NCBI GenBank assembly: GCA_004431415.1
Contig: QPMI01000383.1
Coordinates: forward strand, 1-39,820
Direction of reading: 5' to 3'
DNA from: Cyanophora paradoxa CCMP329
Lineage: Eukaryota > Plantae > Glaucophyta
Length of the DNA stretch: 39,820 nucleotides
Below the pieces are notes generated by a model. It did no database searches and was not told the DNA's origin. It saw nothing but the letters and a program-made list of their open reading frames with translations. The translations under genes were made by a program, and so were the position numbers. The stretch's first letter is position 1. Every line of letters starts with the position of its first letter. This document shows positions 11,049 to 22,968 of the stretch, one piece after another.

Positions 11049-14000
11049 TCAGCGCTGGCCCGCCCCAGCGGCGGGCGAGAGGAGCTCCTGGACGCCCGCC
11101 TCCCCGCCCTCGTCCTCCTCCCCGCCGGCCTTCTGCGCCTTGGCCCGCGCCTGCGCCGGCGGCCGCGGGGCGGCGGGCCCCTCGTCCCCGCTGCTCAGGT
11201 CCGGCTCCTCGCTCGAGTCGCCCCCCTCGGGCCCCGCCGGCGCCGCCCCCCGCGCCTGCTCCTTCTCCGCCCTCCGGCGCGCGCGGCGGGCCTCGCGCTC
11301 GGCGCGCCGCTCGGCCCTGCGCGCCCGCTTGGCCTCCTTCTCCCTGCGCCGCGCCTCGGCCCGCTCCTCCTCCAGCCGCCGCTTCCGCTCCTCCCGCGGC
11401 GTCCTGAACACGTCCACCTCCTCCTCCGCCTTCGCCCGCGCCGCCGGCGCCGGAGCCGCCGCCGCAGCCGCCGCCGCCGGTGCCGGAGCCGCCGCCGGCT
11501 TGGGGCGGGCGGGCGGGCATGGGGGCGGGGGCGGCGGCTCCTTCGGGGGCGGCATGGCGTTCTGGATGACGGTGGCGGGGCGGACGGCGGCGCGGGAGCC
11601 GGCGCTGTTGCCGGGCTCGACGCTCTTGATCTGCGCTGCCTGCTCGCGGAGGACCTCCGAGGGCAGCGTGCGCGCCACCAGCGCCTCGCTCCACGGGCCC
11701 TTCCCCTTCTCGTTCTCCGCGCACACCGCCACCCTGCCGCCCGGATCGCCGCGGCCGCGGCGGCAGCGCGAGGGCGAGGCGGGGGGGCACCGGTAGGGGG
11801 CGTCGGGGAGGAGGTAGGGGATCTCGACGCTGCCGGCGAGCCCGAGCGGCATCTCCACCGGCGCCTGCGCGCCGTCCATCCGCCCACCTGCGGCCCCGCC
11901 CCCGCTCGCCGCCCCTCGCCACCGGCCGGGGCGGGGCCGCCCGGACGGGCGCGGGCGCGCCTGCACGTGGAAGCCGATGACGTCGGCGCCACCGTTGAAG
12001 GCCGGCGGGTCGAAGCGGACGGCGAGGGAGTCGCTCGAGGCGCGCTCCAGCCGCACCTCCCGCGGCGCCCCGGCCGCGCTGCGCCCCCTCAGCCCCGCCC
12101 GCCCCGCCGGCGCAAGGCGCGGGCGGAGGGCACACCGGCCTCGGTGCGGAGGGCGGCGGTGGCGGCGGCGCCCTCCCCGCTGCTGTTGAAGGCCGCCACG
12201 CGGAAGCTGTACTCCGTCCCTGCGCCCCGCCCCGTCGCCGGCCGGCCCCGCGCGCCGCGCTGGCGGCGGGGCGCACCGGGCCGCAGCTGGGCGACCTCGT
12301 AGAGGAGGGCGGCGCCCTGTAGACCTGCGCGCCCGTCAGAGGGCCCCGGGGCGCGGGGCGGGGCGGGGGCAGGCGGGCCTCGCGCTCGGCCTCGAGGGGG
12401 GAGCCCTGGGCCCGCGGGCGTAGAGGACGAAGCCGTCGGTGACGCCGCCGGCGCGCGCCCCGGGCGCCCACGTCACCGCGATGGACGTCGCGGAGCGCGA
12501 CGCCGCCCCGAGGCCCGCCGGCTTCGCCGGCAGCGCTGCGTGCCCCGGGTCAGCTCAGCCGGGCGGGGCGCGCGGGGGGGCTGGCAGATGGAGGGCGCGC
12601 GCCTCCCTTGGTGGAGTGCTTGACGGAGGGGGAGGGCCCCGACTCGCCGGCGGCGTTCGTCGCCGTCACGTGGAACTCGTACGCGGCGAAGGGGTCCAGC
12701 GTCCCCTTCCACGCCGGCTTCCGCACCGAGGCAATCGCCCCGCCGTTCGCGTACACCTGCCCCGCCCCCTCGCTCCGGGAGCCGGGAGAGGGGAGGGGGC
12801 GGCCGGGGCGGACCGTGTAGGAGGTTATCTTGGAGCCGACGGTGACGGCGGGGGGCGCCCAGGAGAGGGAGACCCCCGAGTGGGAGAGGGGCACCACCGA
12901 GGGCGGCCCGGGCGGCGGCGGCGCTGCGCACGCGTCAGCGGGCGCCGCGCGCAGACCGCGCCCGGCGGCGGCGCACGGCAGTCGGTGACGATGCGCGCGG
13001 ACGCGACCTGCGCGGGGGCGGCTCGTGGGGCAGGGGGCGGGGCGAGCGGGGAGGGGGGGCGCACGGGGCTGGCGCCGGCCTGGTTATAAGCGACGAGGCG
13101 GAACTCGTAGGCGGTGCCGGGCTCGAGGCCGGCGACGGCGAAGCTCGTCTCGGGCCCGCGGTAGAGCTCCTCGTCCCCGCGCGAGAGGGCGAAGCCGTCC
13201 ACGCGCCCCGCCCCGCGCCCGCTCGCCGTCCACGAGAGCGTCACCGACGCCGTCCCCACGCTCAGCGCCGCCGGCCCGTTCGGCTTCGCCGGCGGGGCCC
13301 CCGAGGTGACGACCTTGAGCGGGGCGCTCCGTGGCCCCTCGCCGGCCCCGTTCGAGGCGGCCACGGCGAACTCGTACGCGGTGAAGGGCTCGAGCGTCCC
13401 CCGCCACTTGGGCTTGGGGCACGACGCCACCGCCTGCCCGTTCTGGTACAGCTGCGGGGCCGGCTCAGCGCGGGCGGGGTGGGGCGGGCCGGGGCGCGCG
13501 GGGGCGGGGCGGGGGCGGCGCGCCGTGTAGGCTGCGATCTTGGAGGCGCCGGAGGGCATCGCGAGGGGTGCCCACGTCAGCGCGACGGTCGCCCCCTGCA
13601 TCGTGCCCAACGCCGGCGCCGCCGGCGCCGGAGGCACTGCGCCCGAGGGGCGTCGGCGGGGCCGGCGGGGCGGAGCGCGGCGCGCGCACGCGAGTCGGTG
13701 AAGGCGACGCAGTCGGGGCTACGGGTGCCGGCGGCGTCAGAGGGCGCTCAGCAGACGGGAGAGGAGGAGCGGGCCTGTAGTTGGACATGCCGGCGGCGTT
13801 GACGGCCGCAAGTCGGAAGGCGTAGCGCGTCCCCGGGTGCAACTCCTTGACCTGCGCCCCGCCCCGTGGGCGGCCGGCGGCGCAGGCGGAGGGAGGGCGG
13901 CGGCGCTGCGGCGCGCCTCGCAGGTGGTGGTCGCCCCGCCGACGGCGATGACCTTGCCGGACTGGTCGTGGAGGAAGTACTGCTGGATGGGGAAGCCCCC

Positions 14001-14705
14001 GTCTGCGCCCGCGCCCCGCCGCGTCAAGGGCGCCGCCGCCTCGCGCCGCCTCGCGTCGCGGCGCGCACCGTAGGGGGCCGCCCACGACACGGTGACCGAG
14101 TCGAGCGAGGTGTGCACGACGCTGGGCTTCGGCGGCGCCGCCGGCGCTCCCACGCGCCCGCCGGCCGGCACAGGGAAGTTGCCGGCGTGTCCCGGCACCG
14201 GGACACCGAAGCCGTACGGATGGGTCATGAAGGGCGAGTTGACGAAGGGGCCCGGCGCCGGCTGCTGGTGTGAAGCGCCGAAAGGCGCGCGGGGGCCGGG
14301 CGGCGGGGCCGGGCGGTGCTGCGGCTGAGGCTGAGGAGGCGCTTGCGGCTGCGCGTTCTCGTCTATGGGCACGATCGATGAGCGGGACTCGGCCTCCTCC
14401 TGCGCAGCGATCAGACTGTGCGCAAGCGCAAGCGCAGGCCTAGGCCTAGGCTGCCTGGCGGCGCACCAGGAAGGGCTTGACCGCGTCCTCTAGAGTGGGG
14501 TCCATACGCAGGGCCATTTTCAGCAGCTGCGACACGCATCGTCAGCGCCGTACGCATGGCCAGCGCAGCACGCCTGCATCCAGCGCCCGAAGGCATCGCG
14601 CGACCTGCTCCTGCGCACCTTTGCGGCTTTGGGGAAGAGATCCCTCTTAAGGCACTCTCTCGCGAGCTCGAAGGCCTTCGCAGCCTCTTCCTTGTTCGCT
14701 TCCAT
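11049..14705 (-). CDS. Fibronectin type III repeat protein (6 FN3 domains) with N-terminal helical segment, Pro/Gln linker and charged C-terminus
   Basis: Six repeats with FN3 hallmarks, e.g. VTVSWAAP..LHPGTRYAFRLAAVNAAG, VTLSW..LEPGTAYEFRLVAYNQAG, LAVRFDPP..LLPDAPYRVAVCAENEKGKGPWS. N-terminus reads MEANKEEAAKAFELARECLKRDLFPKAAKLLKMALRMDP. One or two probable 1-nt deletions lie near 12085-12320. Confidence 0.88.
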
Positions 14706-15056
14706 GGCGGAATCGCGCCCAATTCGAATTGTTCTAGCGCCGTACCCCCGAAAGTCCCCTTGCATGCGCCGTACCCCAGCCTCTTCCTTCCCCCCACCCC
14801 CGACCCACAAGCTTGCAATGAAGTAGCGGCCCAACTTGCAAAATCCCGTAGTTGCAAAACTTGCAATTTCGGACAAGTTAACGACGTGTACGACTGAATT
14901 CGCCTCGCCGTCAACGTTTCTAGATATCGGCATGCTCCCCGGCTAGTCCCGCACGTGCACGCGCGGCAGGGACGTCGACCGGCGACCTTTAGCTAAGGCG
15001 ACCTAAGGCGCGCCCGCAGTGAGAGTGCATCGCACCGCGTCCGTTCAACGGTTGCC
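14706..15056. promoter_or_regulatory. Divergent promoter region (FN3 gene / histidine kinase)
   Basis: About 350 bp of lower-GC sequence between head-to-head ATGs, with CACGTG (14952-14957) and GACGTCGAC (14971-14979). Confidence 0.5.
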
Positions 15057-18000
15057 ATGCACATGACGACAAACAGCGGCTGCATTTGCCCTTGCCGGTG
15101 CCAGGCCCGGAGGCACCCTGCATCCGTAGAACCAAACGCACCCGCGGCCGCGGCCGCCGCAAGCGCTAGCCGCCCGCGGCCAGCTGCAGCTGCAGCCGCC
15201 GCCGAGAAATCGAAGCCAGCGGCCGCGGCCAACGCCGTTTCCCGAGGATCGATGGGCGGGGCAGCCGGGGAGGGCTCGCTGCAGCTCGGGAGGTGCGGCA
15301 TGTCCTGGTTCACCCTCGCCTTTCACGACGCCGAGGAGGAGGAGGCGTACCTGCAGGCGCGTCCTGCTGCGCATGCGCCGCTGTGATCCCCGAGCTTGAA
15401 CGACAGCAGCGCACGCGAGACATTGATCACGCCTAACGCGGGCTCGCGCAGGAATGGTGCGCCGGTCCCGCGGACGAAAATCTCCGGGGCTCGATCGCTC
15501 GTCGGCTGCAGCGCCGCGCTCACGCGCCTGCGCGCAGGGCGCGCGACCACCTCCCGACCCTGCTGCGAGTCGCGCAGTACAGCCTCGTCATGCACGCCGC
15601 CATGCTCCTGGTGCCACGCCCCCGCGCCCCGCGGCGCCGCCGCCGTCATCGTCCGCCGGACCGAGCCGCCCCGCCCGCCCGCAGCTCATGAAGCTGTGGG
15701 ACGCCTCCCTCGGCCTCGTCGTGGCGCAGGCGACCTAGTGGGCCCCTCCCCCCTCCAAATCTTCGGATTCGAATCGAATCCCATTCCCTGACGCGGCGGC
15801 GCCGCAGCGTGCTCGTTCTGGCGGCCCTCATCCACGCGTGTGTGCGGTGGGTGGAGCGGCCGCGCAGGTGGCACCTCTTCCTGGCCGTCATCCAGCTCGT
15901 CTGCTACGTCGCCGACGTGATGCCCCTCGTCCTCGACCCGGCGCCCGTCGGCGGGGGCCCCTTCGGCCCCCTCCGCTTCTACGCCGTCATCCCCGTCCTC
16001 GCGGCGCGCCCCGCCCCGGGCCGCCCTCTCCGTCTGCGCTGCTCCCTGACGAGGCGCATGCGCAGGTGGTGCTGGCGGGGGGCTCGGCGTGCGCGGCGGC
16101 CGTCGTGTACGCCGCCTTCTCGCTCGCGTTCGTCGGGGCGTACGCGCGGGGCGCCTTCCCCTGGGCCGCCCTCTCCAGCCACGACTACGTCGTCATGAGC
16201 CTCTACGTCTTCTGGGGCGTCGCCGTGCGTCCCCCGGGCCCCGGGCCCCGCGTCCGGCGCTCGCCCCGATCGGCATCGCGATCGCGTGCCGAGCTCGCGG
16301 CGGCAGATCGGCTACTTCCACGAGGCGCGCATCCGGCAGGCGTGGGTGCTGGCGCGGCGGCTGCGGCGGGCGGCGGAGGCGGCCGACGCCGGCCTCCGCG
16401 CCAAGTCCCTCTTCCTCTCCAACTGCAACCACGGTGCCCGCCCCGCCCGCCGGCGCCCCCGGCCCCGGCCCGCCGCGGGCGCTGACGCGGGGGGCAGAGC
16501 TGCGGACGCCGCTGCACGGGATCATCGGGATGACGGAGCTGCTGGAGGAGACGGAGCTCTCCGGCGAGCAGCGCGACTTCCTCGACACCGTTCGCCCCGG
16601 CCCCCCCTGCTGCTTCGCCCCGCGGGGCCCCCGGCGAGCCCCCCCGCAGGTGCGGCGCTGCACGGAGACGCTCCTCGCGATGGTCTGCGGTGCGCCGCCC
16701 CCGCGCCCGCGCCCGCGCCGCCCGCTCTGGGCCGAGCAGGTCGGGTCGCGCGGGGCAGACATCCTGGACCTGGAGAAGGCCTCGTCGGGGCAGCTGGAGA
16801 CTGAGCGGCGGCCCTTCGCGCTGCGGGGCCCCCTGGAGGCCGCCACCGACGTCCTCTACCTGCAGGCCGCCGCCAAGGACGTCGACCTCGCCTGCTCCCG
16901 TCCGCCCCGCCCGCCCCGAGCCCCAGCGCCCCGCGCCTCCGACGCGCCGGCAGTGGAGGCGGGGCTGGCGGACGCGCGGGTCGTGGGCGACGAGATGCGC
17001 GTGCGGCAGATCGTTATCAACCTCGCGAGCAACGTCTGCAATGCTTCCGCGTTTCCGCGCTCCTCTCCTCCCGTCCGACGCCGTCCGCAGGCGATGAAGT
17101 TCTCGGCGCCTCAGGAGGCTGACGAGGAGAAGCCGGAGGCGGGCGGGTCCAGGCGGGGGCCTGGGAAGCGGCGGCGGGGCCAGGTCCTGGTCCGCGCGGA
17201 GCGTGCCGAGGGGCCGGACGGCTCCCACGCGGTGCGCATCGCCGTCCGCGACAACGGCATCGGTGCGCGGCCGGCGCGCCTCCCCTCCCCGCGGCCGCGG
17301 GAGACGCGGCGGGGCGTGCGCAGGGATCCCTGCGGACAGGATGGGGGCCCTCTTTCGCCCCTTCTCGCAGCTGGAGGCGGGCCACACGCGCGTGTACGGC
17401 GGCACGGGCCTCGGTCTCTCCCTAGTGAAGGTCCGGGCTTCCCGGCGTCCGCGCGGCCCGCCCGCCCCCGCCCGCCGCCCCGCCTCACGCCGCGGGCAGA
17501 GCTTCGCGGAGCAGATGGGCGGCTCCGTTTCCGTCGCGTCCACCCCCGGGGAGGTCCGGCGGGCCCCCCCGTGGCCCAGGCCAGAGCCGATCGTGAGGGG
17601 GGCGGCAGGGCTCCACGTTCGCCGTGCTGCTCCCGCTGCCGCTCGCGGAGGCGGCAGCGGAGGCGAAGAGGGGCGAGGCGGAGGAGGGGGGGAAGGGGGC
17701 GGGGGCGGCGCCCGGGGCGGCGGAGGTGCGGCTGCGGGAGTGGCGGGGGAGCACGCGGGAGGCGCTGGAGGCGGCGCTGGGCGCGGAGGGCTGGGCGCTG
17801 CGCGAGGGGGCGCCCCTGCTCCTCACCGACTGCCCCGCCGAGGCCGCCGCCGCCCGCCTCGCCGCGCCCCGCCGCCGCGTCGTCGAGCTCCGCGCGCCCT
17901 CCGCCCTCCGAGCGCGCGTTCCTCCCCTCATTCCTCGCCCGCGCAGTGCCGCCGGGAGCGAAGGCGGGCCCCGAGGCGCCGGGACGGCAGCGGCTGCTGC

Positions 18001-18874
18001 TGCCCGTGAAGCTCGGCGCGCTGCGGGCCGCGCTGCGGGCCCGCCCCGCCGCCGCCCGCCGCACCTTCTCCACGGGCTCCCTCGGCTCGTCCCCTTCTTC
18101 GCCGGCGCCGCTGCCGGCGCCGCAGCGCGCGACCCGCGTCCTCATCGCCGAGGCGAGCCGGCCCCGCCCCCGCCACGCCGGCGAGTGCCCGGGACGCCTC
18201 GGGCTCGGGTTCGAGCCTCCCCGCCGCAGGACAACGAGGTGAACGCGCGGCTGCTGTCGCGGATGCTGGGCCGCCTCGGCTTCCCCCACGACTCCGTCCC
18301 CGACGGCGAGGCCGCCGTCGACGCCTGCCGCTCGTCCGCCCCCCCGCCCCGCCCCGCCCCTCTCGCCCCGCCCCCGCTGAGGCGCCCCGGCCGGCAGCGG
18401 GCGGTACGGCCTCCTCATCACGGACATCCAGATGCCGCGCAAGTCGGGCTGGGAGGCCTGCGAGGAGGTGCGGGCGCTTCAGGCCGCCGGGGCCATCGCG
18501 TCCCCCCTCCTCGTCGTCGGCTGCTCCGCCAACGCCACCGTCCGCCGCCCGCCGCCCCGCCCCCGGCCCCGGGCCCGCTCGGGCTCAGCGGGGGGCAGGC
18601 GGAGGACCGCGAGCGGAGCCGGCGGGCGGGCATGGCCGAGCACCTCTCCAAGCCCTGCCGGTGTGCACGTGCTCGCTGCCCTGCGCATGCGCGGTCGAGA
18701 GCCTCGAAGCCCTGAGGCGCGCGGGGGCGCAGGCTGGAGCAGCTGCGGGCTCTGCTGGACAAGCTGGGGCTTCTGGAGGAGGGGGCGGGAGGGGATCCGG
18801 ACGGAGCGGCCGTGGAGGGGAGGGGCAGCAGTCCCCCGCCACTCGACCTTGCACCCAGCGCCAGCGCGCCGTAA
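15057..18874 (+). CDS. Membrane-bound hybrid histidine kinase (about 6 TM - HisKA - HATPase_c - receiver)
   Basis: H box [22 protein letters not shown]; N box [21 protein letters not shown]; G1 VRDNGIGI; F box LFRPFSQ; G2 [12 protein letters not shown]. Receiver [29 protein letters not shown]. Hydrophobic exons at 15538-16225. TAA at 18872-18874. Start is uncertain (15057, 15063 or 15252). Confidence 0.93.
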
Positions 18875-19820
18875 TTTCATAACTGAGCCTGTAGCGTAGT
18901 CTTTAGCTGAATCTTTAACTCAGGGGCAAGATTACGAGTTGTATTTCAAGCTTGCAATTACGTTTCTTTGACATATAGCTAGCAGTGCGGAAAGGTGCAA
19001 GTGGCCATCGATATCATGGCCATGGCATCCACTGCACAGCGCGCGGCATATGGATGATCCATGGCCACGGGCCGCCGGGCCGCGGGCAAGCATGGAGCTC
19101 GCGATCCGATAATCGCCGAGCCTCGGAGTCGAGTCGAGGGATACTGTTCCAATTGTGAACCTCCGAGGCTCCAATCATTGAATCATTGAATTGCGAAGGC
19201 ACACTGTGACAGGCCCTGAGGTTGAAGTCTGGCACAGCCAAGCGGCTGTGAACGTCGGACATGATTCAATGATTTTCAAGTGTCGCACACTGGCCCACTG
19301 GCACACTATGACTCAGTGACATGTACAGCTGTGGCATGCTCCTCTCCGGGAATTCAATGATTCGCCCTGCCAGCCCGGGCCTGGGCGCGCTGCTGCCAGC
19401 CTGCTGGGCTGCAGCTCATGCCCGTACGGTCATGATCAGAGGCTGATGATTGCAAAAAAAACAGGCCGAAGGCTGAAGCACAATGAAGGTAACTACGCAG
19501 ACGACACTGAATCATTCGTTCTTAATTTAACTGGAGCCTTCAGGGGCGAGAAGGAAACATTGAAAGGGGAGGGGGAGGCGAGGCGGCATTCGTCACTCAA
19601 ATGGCCGGCCCCACGATCCGACCTCTAACACTCCATGAACGTGCGACTAAAAGTGACTCTGTAAGGCATTCTCAGCGATGCTGCTGGTAAAGCGGCTACA
19701 TGGGCGGACAGCCCAGTCACGCGAAAGAAACAAGGGGAAAAGGGGCCGAAACACACAAGTTACATGTCGGGGGAGACGACTAAACCTCGAGCGGGTTGTG
19801 GGAAAAAGCGGCGCGGGGCC

Positions 19821-22743
19821 CTACGCGATGAAAACCTTGCCCCCTACCCCGATCGGCAGGATGGACTGGGGCGAGTCGCGGGGGCCGGGGAGAGCGGAGG
19901 GGATGGGCCCGTCGAGGGCGGTCGGGGGCCGCGGGGGGAGGATGGAGGGGGCGGGGCCGACGGGGGCGAGCGCCATGGCCATGGGGGGCTGGAGCGGGGC
20001 GGAGTGGTAGAGGGGGTGCCCGAGGGGCGGGCCGTACGCCGGGACGGCGGCGAAGGCGAACTCGAAGGGGGGCGCCCCCGGCGGCAGCAGCGGCGCCTCG
20101 TGCATGCCGCGCAGCGCCAGCATCCCGTGCGGCGCCGGCGAGTGCCCCGCCGGCAGGTGCACCCCCATCCCCTGCTGCTGCTGCTGCGCCGGCGGCGGGG
20201 GCGGGAGGTGCTGCGGGGGCGCCGGCGGGAGCGGGGGCGGGGCGGCCGGGGGCGGGCTGGGGCCGCGCCCGCGAAGGGGAGCTCGGGCGGGGGCGGGCTG
20301 GGCCGCGGCCGGCGTCGCGGGCGGCATCGCGGAGGCTGACGGCGCGGCCGATGCCGGGGCCCGGGGTGACGGGCCGCTGCGCCCCGGGCCCGCCTCCACG
20401 GCGTCCTCCCCGACCCCTGTCGGGCCCTCGTCCGTCGCCCGCCCGTCCGCGAACCGCACCGCCGCCCGGCTACCCGGCCGCGGCCGCTCCTCCTCCGCCT
20501 CCGGCACCGGCGCCGGCGGCGGCGAGGCGCGCGGCAGGTTGCAGGAGCGGCGGCGGGAGAGGCCGCCGGGGCCGGCGGGGGCGGTGAGGGAGGCGCGGGC
20601 GAGGGAGGCGGCGAGGGGCGAGGCGGGGCGGGGGGGCGCAGGGGACGCGGAAGAGCTCGGCGGCCTCCTCGGGGGCGGGTGCGCGGGCGGCTTCGGCGGG
20701 GCGGAGCCAGGGGGCGGCGACGGGGGCGAGGAGGCGGGCGGAGGCGAAGGCGAGGGGCAGGCCGACGAGGTCCTCGAGGAAGTAGGCGCCGTCGAGGGCG
20801 CGCAGGGAGGCGGCGAGCTGCGGGCGCGCCGCGTCGTCGAAGTGGAGCGGGAGGAGGGCGCGGAGGGCCCCGACGTGGACCGTCACCTCCTGCTGCGTCG
20901 GCGACACCAGCCGCACCGCCTCGTACACGAACTGCCCCGCCCCGAGGGTGAGGCCCGGGCCGCGCGGCGCCCCGCGGCGCGGCGAGCGGGGCGCACGTGG
21001 GGCACGGCGAGGTTGAAGTTCAGGCGGCAGCGCTCGATCGCCTCGCGCAGCGCGCCCTTGAGGCTCGTCCCGTGCCTGCGCGCGCCGGCCGGCGTCGGCC
21101 GCCGCCCGGCGCGGGGCGGGGCGGGGCGGGGCTGCGCACGAGAAGAAGAGGCGTCTGCGCTCCTCGGGCTCGCCGGCGGGGTGTGCAGGAAGGGCTCCCG
21201 GGCCCCGGGGGCGCGCCCGGCCTCCTCGCGGCGGGCGGCGGCGGCGGGGACGACGCCGGCGCGCACGAGCAGGTCGAAGCGCGCCTCGACGAGCCCCTCG
21301 AAGTCCGCGCTACGGAAGACGCTCTGGCCGGCCGCCTCCCAGTTGAAGGCGAGGCGGGCGTCCCCGGCCTCGCAGAAGGTCGCCCGCTCGGGGAGGACGC
21401 GCCCCGGCAGCAGCCGCGCGAAGGGCTCCGCGTCGCGCCCCACCAGCACCGACGCCTCGTCCGCCACGAAGGGCCCCGGGGCGCCCTCCTCCTGGAGGGG
21501 GCCCTGGCCGCCCGGCGCCGCCGCCCCGGGCGCACGCTCCCGCAGCACCACGTAGATCTGCCGGCCAGGGGCGTCAGGGCCGGCCCGTGCCCGGGGCGCG
21601 GGAGGGCGGCGGGCGCGCCTCCTTGTAGTAGTCGTCGACGAGGCCCGAGTTGAAGAGGGCGAACGCGAGCCGCATCTCCGCGTCGTAGCTGCGGCGGCCG
21701 GCAGGTCGGCGTGCGCGCCCCGGCGCCGGGGCGCGCGGAGGGCGCGCGCACCCGTAGGCGACGCGGCCCTGCTCGACGACGCGGATGAAGATTCCGGCGA
21801 GGTAGCACTGCAGCAGGAACGGGTCCCACGTCTCCTCCGCCGTCCTCGCCCGCAGCGCCAGCTCGTGCCTGCCGCAGGCAGGGCTCGCCCGGCCCCGCTA
21901 CCGCCCCCGCGGCCGCGGCGCCGCGCGCACCAGAAACCCGGCGCTATCTCCGCGTAGCGCGTCAGAGGGTTCGCCGCCGGGTCCCTCGGCACCACAACAC
22001 ACGAGCTCGCTCCCTGCGCCACAAAATTCAGCGTCCGCGTCCAAAGCGGGCCGCCGGCCGGCGCGGACCTCGGAGCCCGAGATGCCCTCAAGGAAGGATA
22101 TGGGCAGGGTCTCTGGGCGGACAGGCCCGGCCGGAGCAAGCGGGGTGGTGATCCCGGACAGTGAACAAGATGAGGACGCCGGTGACTGGCTCCCGTGGGC
22201 GCTGCAGGCTGAGCTGTTCGAGCTGCTGACGACGGAGTGCTGAGGGGGCGTAGCGACCCCGCGCTCGTGCTCCCAGCTGCCCCGCCGACCGAATCCGGGT
22301 GCACTGGAATGAGAGCGCCCCGAGTATGGCGGCGGGGTGCCCAAGTCCACGCGCCCGAAGTGGTGCTTGTCGAGTGGCGGGGAAGGCATGCGGCGCACCG
22401 CGGCCGACGGCGACGACGGGGTGGCCGGCGACGATGCATCGGGACTGTAAGACGAATCGTACGCATCGCGAATGCCCAATGTCCCAGAGCTCGGGGTCCG
22501 CGCGTAATCAATCCTTGAGGTTGGCGTGGCGGGCGTGCTCGGAACGCTGCCGCTGCCCGCTAAGAATCTCGTCGGGCTTACATACGAAGTCGGTGACGGA
22601 GCCGGTGTTTTTATCTCCAGGCCGCCTGGTGCTGGACCGTGCTCTGTTGGCGCCGGCGCGGGAGGATTTGAACTGGCGGACGACTGCTCCCGTTCTATCC
22701 TGAACTTCCGCGCGTTGTTGGATGTTGGAGTGGACTCCGCCAT
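19821..22743 (-). CDS. DUF3825-like domain protein with S/P-rich N-terminus and Pro-rich C-terminus
   Basis: Spliced core (~21960-20700): EETWDPFLLQCYLAGIFIRVVEQGRV..ALFNSGLVDDYYKEIY..LPERATF..AIERCRLNFNLAVPH..ALLPL..AFASARLLAPVAAPWL. This follows my recollection of the DUF3825 motif order (E.W, L..YL..F.R..EQ, FNTGL..E.IY, LP.RA.Y/F, NY..AVP, LLLPL, AY..ARL....WL). Confidence 0.7.
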
Positions 22744-22968
22744 CCGACAGGCGCCGTTGAGGGCTAACGCTCTTTCGCAACTGATTTCCTATCTACGCGG
22801 GCTGGGCGCGCGTCTGCGACGCAAAATCGAGTGCTGGGGCTCGCTCGCTGACCCGCTGCGTGCAACGCTCGCCGGGCAGGCGTTTTGGCTCCGGTGATGA
22901 GTGGACGCGGTTTTGCGAACGAAGCAAGCTCTACCCCGGCGCGAGAAAACAAACCAGGGCCAACCGCC

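Noticed and set aside
16089-18874. Bacterial origin or contamination for the two-component kinase
   Set aside because: It is interrupted by many host-type spliceosomal introns, including one inside the H-box codons.
18900-19800. tRNA, snRNA or protein gene in the AT-richer gap
   Set aside because: No cloverleaf, T-loop consensus, Sm site or snRNA signature was recognised, and the short ORFs lack host codon bias.
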